A stretch of DNA of 55,946 nt from Candidatus Iainarchaeum sp. (GTDB taxonomy: Archaea; Iainarchaeota; Iainarchaeia; Iainarchaeales; JAZDDZ01). Shown here piece by piece: positions 1-9,000 of this stretch. The translations under genes were made by a program, and so were the position numbers. Position 1 is the first letter of the stretch, and each line of letters starts with the position of its first letter. The notes below the pieces were generated by a model that ran no database searches, was not told where the DNA came from, and saw only the letters and a program-made list of their open reading frames with translations. The DNA is taken from positions 1 through 55,946 of the forward strand of contig JAZDDZ010000003.1 in NCBI GenBank assembly GCA_043809245.1, read 5' to 3'.

Positions 1-139
1 AGAAAAATCATTGGCGGACTACGCCGCGAAACCGGCGCACGAACAATGGAAACAATCACTTCCATGTTCGCCACATGGAAACAACAAGGCAAACCCCTCT
101 ACCCAACCCTCAAAAAAGCCATAAGCGGTTAGCACTTAC
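1..139 (+). mobile_element. Right end of an IS66-family insertion sequence (transposase C-terminus plus terminal inverted repeat)
   Basis: Frame 1 reads RKIIGGLRRETGARTMETITSMFATWKQQGKPLYPTLKKAISG* (stop 130-132). This resembles the IS66 transposase C-terminal pattern RK-x-SGG-x-RS-x-x-GA...T-x-K-x-QG. It is followed by ...GCACTTAC ending at 139, which is GTAAGTGC on the minus strand, and IS66 ends begin with GTAA. Confidence 0.8.
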
Positions 140-152
140 TTAAAAGAAAATG

Positions 153-160
153 TTTAAATA
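153..160 (+). promoter_or_regulatory. Archaeal TATA box upstream of the pilin-like gene
   Basis: TTTAAATA preceded by a purine-rich BRE-like stretch, about 35-40 nt before ATG 194. Confidence 0.5.
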
Positions 161-193
161 GTAGAAAGCAGTCTTATCTTAAGTGATGTTTAA

Positions 194-739
194 ATGAAAT
201 TCTCATTAAATCAAAAAGGCCAGGAATTCTCGGTTTTCAAGTTGCTGATTTCAGCGATTGTTGCAGTCACGATTCTTGCAATAGTTCTGGCAATCATTGG
301 CTCGATTCCAGGCATAGGCAACACTGACCCCACAAAGGCATCGGTTGAAGCTGTAAGAAGCCAGTTAACGCAGCTCGGAACCCCGAAAAAGGTTCCAAAG
401 GTTAACTTCGGTGACGGCGTTGTGTTAAGCAGCGTTACCATTGCAAGGGGCACAGGCGAGATAAGCAGCAACCAGGTTTGCGTTACCACGGGCGGAAGCG
501 TTTCAGATGATTCACGTTTTGTGAACGACCCTGAGGGTGTAATAGTTAAATACGTTTCATCTGCAGCGCAGACAACAGGCCTGCTTGTTTTCTGTGACAC
601 TGCAAGGGAATTTAATGATGACGCTGACATCACAGGGGTAACGGGCAAAGCATACCTTGATGCATGCGAAGGGGACCTATTCACAAGCCCGGGCGATGAA
701 ACCCAGAGAATATGCGTTGTTGCAATAGTGCCAGAATAA
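194..739 (+). CDS. Class III signal peptide (type IV pilin-like) protein
   Basis: N-terminus MKFSLNQKG/QEFSVFKLLISAIVAVTILAIVLAIIG: basic leader, KG/Q cleavage site and hydrophobic helix, then a soluble domain with several Cys. Confidence 0.75.
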   Translation: MKFSLNQKGQEFSVFKLLISAIVAVTILAIVLAIIGSIPGIGNTDPTKASVEAVRSQLTQLGTPKKVPKVNFGDGVVLSSVTIARGTGEISSNQVCVTTGGSVSDDSRFVNDPEGVIVKYVSSAAQTTGLLVFCDTAREFNDDADITGVTGKAYLDACEGDLFTSPGDETQRICVVAIVPE

Positions 740-840
740 TCCCGCGGAAAATGCAGATTCTTCTTGGGCTGCAGCAGCATTTGAACGCGAACAAAGCCAT
801 TCAACAAGCTTTAAATACTTCTTTCCTTATTTTATTAATT

Positions 841-996
841 ATGCACAGGCTTTTGTCAGAGCAGAAAGCACAGGGCGAATGGAGCTCAATTTATTTATTG
901 ATTGTCTTCATGATTGCCGCGCTTTTATTGATTGCATTGGTGAAGCCCATGTTTTCGCGCTCACAGCAGATAGTGAAGCCGATTGTGAACAAGTGA
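841..996 (+). CDS. Small class III signal peptide pilin-like protein (51 aa)
   Basis: ATG 841 follows TTTAAATA at 810-817. MHRLLSEQKA/QGEWSSIYLLIVFMIAALLLIALVKP shows a KA/Q motif plus hydrophobic helix. The ORF-track start at 712 overlaps the upstream gene. Confidence 0.65.
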   Translation: MHRLLSEQKAQGEWSSIYLLIVFMIAALLLIALVKPMFSRSQQIVKPIVNK

Positions 997-1002
997 AGAA
1001 AT

Positions 1003-1899
1003 ATGGCTGGAACGCTTGAAGCATTGGGGGAGATTTTTGGAAACCTGTTAAAGGCAAAAATGTGGCTTGTGGCAATTGCCTCTTTTGCAGTATCCATTGG
1101 CATGATTATAGTTGCAGTAGTGGTTGCTATTCTAGCCGCGATTTTTGCCGTTTTATTCGCTTCAATGGGCGCAAGTGGAATTGTACTGCTGCTTTTGATG
1201 CTCTTTGCACTAGGAATCATAGGGCTCGCGGCCGTTCTCATTGTTGCGGGAATAATAAACGGAATGTATGTCAAGGCGGCTGAAGGGCTTTTCAACAAAA
1301 AAGATTACAAGCTGGAGGAAATGTTCAACGCCGCGAAAGCCAAGTGGAAAAGGCTCGCACTTATCATTCTGGTTGAAGGAATAATTGTCGGGCTTATTGC
1401 GCTTATCACGCTTGCACCCGCAATAATAAGCTTTGCAAGTGCGTTCGGCGCACTAATCAATGACCCAGGCGCATTGTTGCAGTTAACTGCAATGAGCGGC
1501 GAAACCGACCCCTCGGCATCCATCTCGTTTTTTATGGCATTTTTCGGGGAATCCCTCTCATTGCTTTTCATTGGAATCGCGTTAATGTCTTTGGTGAATT
1601 TCCTGATTTCGCCTTTCCTCGTTCTATTCCTCCCGCTTGTTATGCTTGAAAATAACGGAGTAATCGCGTCAATCCAGAGGGCATTTGACCTAGGGGCAAA
1701 AAACTATTTGCCTAACCTGCTGATTCTTTTGCCCGTTGCAATTTTTTCTCTTGCAATCGGCGCAATTTCATTCCTTGTCAGCTTTTTTTCCGGGATAGGG
1801 TTCATTGCATCAATGGTTTTTTCATTCATCACGGAAATAGTAAGCTTTTCCGCTGCAACAAAAATTTATCTGCTGAACTCAAAGACGATGGGAAAATGA
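1003..1899 (+). CDS. Polytopic membrane protein of unknown function
   Basis: 298 aa with about 6-7 hydrophobic segments; overlaps the next gene at ATGA. Confidence 0.75.
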   Translation: MAGTLEALGEIFGNLLKAKMWLVAIASFAVSIGMIIVAVVVAILAAIFAVLFASMGASGIVLLLLMLFALGIIGLAAVLIVAGIINGMYVKAAEGLFNKKDYKLEEMFNAAKAKWKRLALIILVEGIIVGLIALITLAPAIISFASAFGALINDPGALLQLTAMSGETDPSASISFFMAFFGESLSLLFIGIALMSLVNFLISPFLVLFLPLVMLENNGVIASIQRAFDLGAKNYLPNLLILLPVAIFSLAIGAISFLVSFFSGIGFIASMVFSFITEIVSFSAATKIYLLNSKTMGK

Positions 1900-2441
1900 G
1901 CGGGCAGGAAAAAAAAGAAAGAAAAAGCACAGGGGGCTTTTCACGGAAAGAAGCCTTGCAGGCAGGAAAATTCATTCTCGGCATAGCGGTTTTCTTTGCA
2001 GCAATAACTTTTTTTCTCTCGCTTTTTCCCATTGAATGGTTTGAGTTTTTTTTCGCGCAGGCAAGCGCTTGGGCTTTAGGCTTTTTTGGAATCCCGACAG
2101 CGGTTAACGCGGCGCGCGAGCCGGTGCTGATGATGGTGCAGGGCATTCCCTTGCCCATTGCAATCTCCTACCTCTGCACCGGCCTGCTTGAAGCAACTGT
2201 TTTGGTTTCAGCGATTGCGGCTTCATTCGGAATTGAAACAAGGAAAAGATTGAAGGGAATTGCGGGCGCGGTTGCTGTTTCAATTGCATTCAATTTTCTC
2301 CGCATAGTCGCGAGCATTCTTGCAATCGCTTTCCTTGGATTGGAGGCAGGGGATTTGGCGCACAACATTCTTTTCCGCTTCACGCTGTTCATTGTAATTG
2401 CGGGCTATTACTGGGTTTGGATTAAAAAAAGCGAAAAATAG
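1896..2441 (+). CDS. Archaeosortase/exosortase family transpeptidase
   Basis: Multi-TM protein with the Cys-Arg-His triad context: YLCTGL (Cys), FNFLRI (Arg), DLAHNIL (His), ending YYWVW plus a basic tail. Confidence 0.85.
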   Translation: MSGQEKKERKSTGGFSRKEALQAGKFILGIAVFFAAITFFLSLFPIEWFEFFFAQASAWALGFFGIPTAVNAAREPVLMMVQGIPLPIAISYLCTGLLEATVLVSAIAASFGIETRKRLKGIAGAVAVSIAFNFLRIVASILAIAFLGLEAGDLAHNILFRFTLFIVIAGYYWVWIKKSEK

Positions 2442-2446
2442 GAATT

Positions 2447-2812
2447 TCAAACAGGTATCGCGATTTTCAGCCTGCTGTATTTTGCTTTCGGCGCAAGGTT
2501 GCGGTCAGATGCTTCCAGTTCAATCAGGCCGAGCTCTTCAAGTTTTTTCACGTCATTGAAGACATTTGAATAAGGCCTTTTCGCGATTTTTGCAAGCGCA
2601 TAAATTGTTTTGGGCTTCTCAGTTCTGATGAGCCTGAGAAGCCTAAGCCTTTCATTGGTTATTATTTTTCTCAGCGTTTCAATGTTCTCAAAGGAAAGTA
2701 TTTCCTGCTTTTCAATTTTTTCGCCGCGCTTAATTTTTTCGTATGCCTCAACAAACCTTTTCCCGCTTTCCTCCAGGCTATCAACCATTATCGTTATTTC
2801 CCTAACCTTCAT
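2447..2812 (-). CDS. wHTH DNA-binding protein (HVO_A0114-like antitoxin/regulator family)
   Basis: LSFENIETLRKIITNERLRLLRLIRTEKPKTIYALAKIAKRPYSNVFNDVKKLEELGLIEL fits this family pattern. ATG at 2812; GTG 2821 is an alternative start. Confidence 0.75.
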   Translation of the reverse strand: MKVREITIMVDSLEESGKRFVEAYEKIKRGEKIEKQEILSFENIETLRKIITNERLRLLRLIRTEKPKTIYALAKIAKRPYSNVFNDVKKLEELGLIELEASDRNLAPKAKYSRLKIAIPV

Positions 2813-3022
2813 TTTCAGCACCCTTTATTTTTTCCACTGCCCGGCAATATATGGTGCGTCAGGCTATATATTAAGATGTGGCACAAAAAACGGGTTTTTC
2901 CTGTTTTTTCCCTGATTCGCGCCTGTGGCAAATTTATATATTAGTTTGATTTTTAATTAGTAGTAAGCATTTAATATATTTAAAACTGGTTTAACTTTAT
3001 TTAGTGAAGTGAAGGCATTCGA

Positions 3023-6000
3023 ATGGGCTTGAGTGAAATTGTCGGCGGGGTTTACGCGAAAATAGAGGGCACGTTTTACGCTGTAATGGATTCCCTTGAA
3101 TTGAAGGGAATTCCCGTATACAATGTAATAGAGCCATTGGAGAAAAGGGGGATTCCGGCTTTCCCTGTTTTTATCGCAGCGCTTGTCCTCATAATCGCGC
3201 TGATTTTCGGATTGTTTGTAATTGGAACAACAACTGACGTGAGCCTGAGCCTTAGGCTTGTTGATGACGCGGGAAAAGGGTTAAGCGGCGTGAGCGTTTC
3301 CGCTGTAGGGCCTGATGGAAAGGCTTTCGCGCTTCCAAAGCCATTGTACTCTGACGGCGCAACTATTTCCCTGGCTGGAATTCCCATTGGCGCGGAAATC
3401 ACGCTTACCGGCGAAAAGGAAGGCTATGAAAGCGGCACAGGCACCGTGCAATTCAAGGGAGGCAAGACTGCAACAGCAAGCATTTCCCTGAAAAAGCACG
3501 TGAACGCAATCATTGGAACACTGAAGCTCGTTGACTCTGATTCAAGGGCCTCGGTTGATGATGCAAGGGTGTCGGTTTTGTTTGAAGGCGGCCAGGAAGT
3601 CAACTGCCCTTTCCGCGATGAAAACAAGTTTTATGCGTGCGCGGGAGTGAATGACGGCGAAACCTATCAAGTCAAGGTTTCATCTTCAAACTATGAGGAC
3701 AAGACAATCGCGCACAGTTTTGTGAATGGCTCTGTTGCGGAAATAACAATGGTGCCAAAATCCCCGGGTCAGTTCAGCGCGGCAAACCTTATCGTGAGGA
3801 TAAGGGATGCGGAGACAAATGAGTTGGTGCCTGGCGCGAAAATAGAGTTGTTTGACGCGCAGGACAACACAGTCATAAGCTCGGTTACAGACGATGACGG
3901 AGAATACATCGAGCAGGAAATTTCCACGGGAACAACGCTGAGGCTTGTTGTGTCAAAGGACGGTTACGTTAAATATGATTCAGGTGCAAAGGGAACAAGC
4001 AGGACGATTAGGGGAGAGGAAGAAATATGGGATGTGCAGCTCATCAGGGGCGGAAAAGCCGTTCTTGTAAGCGTTGTGGACAAGGATTCCACTTTCCCGA
4101 AACAGAATGCAAAAGTGATGCTGTTCAACTCCAACGCGGAACTGATTGACTCGAATGTAACCGGTTTTTCCGGAACCGTTGAATTTGCGGGCCTTGACCC
4201 GAATGAAACTTACGCGGTAACGGCTTACGCTGACAGGTATTTGCCTGCGCGCCAGGAATTCACGACCGCTGCAACAACAGAAATACAGCTTGTGTTAGAG
4301 GCTTTGACAGCGCAGAACTCTGCTTCCTTCAGCGCGACAGTGGTTGACTTCAGCAGCTTTGCAGTCAATGACGCAACGCTGAACTTTTTTGAACTGCTTG
4401 GCGGAAGAAAGCTTCCCTTGGGCTTGCCCTCACAGAAAACGGATTTAAGCGGAAGGTATTTGGGGGTTGCAAAAAAAGGAATAAACCTCCTTGTTGAAGC
4501 GTCAAAGGGGCCTGCAACAGGCGACGACAACAAAATGATTGGCGATGAATTGAATGATTTGCTTATACAATTGCAGAGGCCTGAGGGAATAGTTTGGCTG
4601 ACGCTTGTTGATGCGCTCGGCAACCCGGTAACCGATGGCAGGGTGCTGATTGAAAGCGGCTCGGGCGCGGAATTGTTTGACGGCAACGCTTCCGCTGACG
4701 GCATCTTTTTTGATGCGCAGGGAAACAAGTTCGCAAAGCTGACTTACACTTCCCCTGATGGAAAGGTTTTCACGGAAGAGATTAACCTTGAAGGCGAAGG
4801 TGAAATCACTGTGACAATACAGGAAGGTGAAGTGCCTGGGCTTTCCCCGAAAGTTTCATTCATCGGCGTGTTCAATATTCAGGGCGAACAGGTGCAAGGT
4901 TTGACCAAAGGAAACGATTATTACCTGAAGTTTGAAACTGTCTGGCCGAAAGGAGACTTCATGCGCGGCCTGCACGTGCGCATTGGAAAGGATTCCGTCA
5001 AATACGCTGACTCAGAGGACGCTGGCATCACTGGCTTCAGCGCGACAGGGGTTTCGGGATTTTTTTATGGAAGGACCTATTCCCCTTTCCCCGAGCCAGG
5101 CTATGAATCCGTTGACTACTCCAATTCAGGCGAGGCAGGGGAGTACAACAAGTGGCTTGAGCTTTATTTTGGCCAGAGCGCGGAGACAAGGATAGTGAAG
5201 GTTAAGGTTAAGGCAAAGGAAACAGCAGAGGCAAGTGACGTTGAATTGCATTACCGCGCTTGGGCGCAGATTGGAGGCAGCTATTACCGCTCCCCAGAAG
5301 ACCAGACAATCCTGCTGTCGGCTTACTCCGCGGAAAAAAGCGGGCTTTACGCCGAGACAACAATTGCAAGGCTGAAAATATTCGCATCAGAGGCAAAATG
5401 CAAAAACGATTTGTGCACTTCATTCAAGTTCATTAAAGCGGATGGCTCGGAGTTTTTGCCAGAGGAATTCAAGGCGGTTCAGGGAGAGCTTTACGCCTTG
5501 GAAATAGAATTGAATCCATTGAAGTCAGTTGAGGCAACTGTTAAGGCTTCAACTTCCAAGACAAACCCGAAAATAGCTTTCCAGGGATATGGAGTGGAAA
5601 GCTTTGCGGAATTCCCGGACAACAACAAAACAGACACTTCAATTGAAATCACAAGCCTTGCAGTAGAGGAAAGCGAATCACTTAAGGCTAGAATTTACTT
5701 TAAGGCTCTTGCATTGGAGAACACGTTCATCACCGCGCAGATTGTTACCGCGGAAGACGCGATAACGCAGAACCTTTACTTCAACATTTACCTGGAAAAA
5801 AACCTTGAAGTGAAAATAAGGCCTGAAACAGTTGAGCTTGGAAAAGACTTTTCAATCACTGTTGCAGATGAGCAGGGAAATGGAGTGAACAACGCGCAGC
5901 TAAAGCTTTACGCGCCGTCAGGGGAATTAAGCCAGACAATCATCGGCGACGGAAGGAAGGGAAGCGGTGAATCAGGGGTTTACGACATCACTAACTCTTT

Positions 6001-9000
6001 TGACCCGGGCACAGTAAAACTTGAATTGAAGGCAGAGGGATTCAAGCCGCTTTCAAGGGAAATATCGGTAACTAAAGGAGGCGTCCTGCAATTGCCGCAG
6101 GAAATAAGGATTCTAATTCCAAAGGCAGACAAGAGCGCGCTGAAAAGCATTGAGCTTGTCAACACCTCGGATGAATTGATTCAGGATGTAACAGTTGAAC
6201 TGCAGAAAAAGGCAAACTTTCCGCAGGAAATGCTTGTAAACCCCTTGCCTCCCGCAATGATTGAAAGGAATTCAACGCTTGACATGGAGATTGACGCGGA
6301 GTACACGGGAAAAAAGGAAAGCGCACACGCGGAAGCCACAATGATTGTAAGGGGAAGGGTTTTGGGAAAATACTCGGTGAGCGCTGAAACAAAATTAATT
6401 CTGGACTATAATCCCGCGCTTGACTCAGGCTGCCTTGAATTCAGCAAAGGGGCGTTAAGCGCGCTTATTTTGGATGAGCAGAGCTCAAGCCAGGAAATTT
6501 CTTTCACGGCAAAAAACAACTGCGAACTGGATTTGGTGTTAAAGCCAGAGGTTGTTGCATCAGGAACAAAAGACGACAACATAAAAGTGGATGTCGGGGA
6601 AATAAGGCTTGGCGCTGCGGGCAGTGAGGGAAGCACGCAGGAAGTCATTGTAAGCGTTGTCAACCTGATTAACAGGAATATGCCGCAGAAAAAAACCGTT
6701 AAGTACGATTTGTTCTTCAAATCCGATTCGCTTACAAAATCAGTTCCACTGGAAGTCATGGTCTGGAACAGGCTGTTTGCATTGGAAATGACGCGCAACA
6801 TAGAGCTTTGGATTGCTGACACAGGAACAGGGCAGGCGGCTGCAGCCCAGTTGCCGTTATTCATCAGGAATTCAGGCGAGGCTGACGTGGAGAACATTTC
6901 CTTTTCAGTTTCCGCGGCTTACTCCGCTGGAACAACGCAGGTCACAGTGGTTTCGCCGAACAGCACGACAACCGACATTCCCTTGCTGAAGAAAGGGGAA
7001 ACAGTTGTTCCGCCAAGGTTTGTCTTTGCAAAGGCACTGCAGACAGAGAAAAGCACGATTGCTGATGTTTCGCAGATTGAGGTCAGGGGAACAATCAATG
7101 GAAAGCAATATGATTTCGGGCCGATAACTGTTACAACGCACATAAGCAGCCCGAAATGTGTTTTGGTCACGCCAACGAACATTGAATTCATAAGCGCGAA
7201 AACCTCTTTCGGCCAGTTAAGCCAAGGCATCCGCGTGAAAAACAATTGCACGGAAGAAGTCAGGGTTGCTGACATTAACCCAAAGGTTTTCGGCTCAAAT
7301 GTTTTGATGCTTTTGCCTTTCGGTGCAACAGTTTCCCCTGGAAGGGAATTGCCATTGCAGTTAGTGCTAACGAAAAGAGAGGACTGGCAGGCACAGCAAC
7401 CCCTTTACCTGAATCTTTTCCTTGTGAGAAGCAACCAGTGGCTTGTGTCACAGCCAATCCAGATGAATCTGCAGCTTGGGGAAAAAGGCATTGGCGACAA
7501 AAAGGCATCCTACCAGGAGGAACTGCCTGTTTGCTCCGATAATGGAAGCAAGGAGAAAAAACTTGTAAGCTTTCCGCGCATTGCCACTGGAGCGGGCTGC
7601 AGTGACGCTTACTGTGACGCGGAGCAATTGGCTGAATTCCTTTCGGATAAAATAGACGCAAAGGTAAAGGACGCGAAAAACACGGTGGGAAGGTATAACG
7701 GGGAAATACTTAACACGCCCTGTGACAAGGAATCAATTTACGGCGGTTTCTGCTCATTTGACCAGCTTGGCGTCAAAACCGAGACGTTTTTCGTTTACTT
7801 CATGAACGACAATTTGAGCGCGGATATGATGGAAAGCGTGCTTGACAAGAAAAGCTCGCTTGGAAGCTACCGCGTTGACTTCATTGGAAGCGGCTCAAAC
7901 ATTGCAAACGCGGGAAGCCTTTTAGGGGGATACGGCGGCCAGATTCTTTTCACAGCGCCATTCCAGGGCTGCGGAAGATACACTGTGAAAATAAACGGCG
8001 CGGTAAAAGTGCAGGGAAACGCGTTAATTCCGGACATAATGAACGTGCTTGTTGAAGTCACTGGCGATGAAACAGGGGCAAGGGAAATCACGGAGCAATG
8101 CGAAAACAAAATCCAGAACGTGAACAATTTTTTGCCAATAGACAAAAGCTATTCCTCCGCGAATTCAAATGATTCGTGGCTTGCAATGGTTTCAGCGGAC
8201 GAGGAGTCACTGCAGCCATTGGGCCAAACTGTTGCGAAAAGCCTTTTCGGAAAAGACGACAGGTTTTCTTCAATGGCTTCACAGCGCACTAACACACTTA
8301 ACCTCATTTTAGGCAGCGAGGAAAATTATCTGGTCAAATTGGAAATGGAAAGGGAAGGCGGAGCAGAGCCGAAAACAATCAACGCCTACATAAAGGAATC
8401 GGTTGGAACTGAAACCGCGGATGGGACTGCGAAGATTCAGGATGCGATTGCGAAAGAGGCTGCAACAGCAATCGCGCAGATAAAGTCAGGGCAGATTGAC
8501 GGCTGCATTTCAGCTGACGACGATTATTTGCTGATAAAGTCCACTTCAAAGGTTGCAAAAATTGCGCTCACTGGCTGCGCGCAAGGCCATTTGCCGGTTG
8601 TTTTCGGCGAGCCAAGCTGCTGTGACTTCAATGTTTCAAGCGAATTAAAGGAAAGGGTGTCGGTTGAAGCACTGTTAAAGGACACAAGGCAAGGCACCGG
8701 AGAGCCGTGGATTCAGACAAAGGCAGGGGAGAAAACCGATGAAGTGGAATTAACTCTCGCAGAGGATGAAAAAAGCTTTAACGCTGAATTAAAGTTATGC
8801 ATTGAAGGCGAACAGGACTTGCAGTTAGCGCAGGGCAAAAAAGTCCAGCTGAAAGCCAAATCAGCTGCCGACGGGGGAAGGAAAGCGGAAGAAAAAGAAG
8901 TGGAAATGCAGGTATGCGGCATACACCCCTACAGCCTGCTGGAGCAATTGAATGAAAAAGCAAAGGCATTTGATTCGGCAAAGCCAAAGGATTACTATGC

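Noticed and set aside
712-840. ORF-track N-terminal extension of the 94 aa ORF 712-996
   Set aside because: It overlaps the upstream gene and spans the TATA box; the class III signal fits ATG 841.
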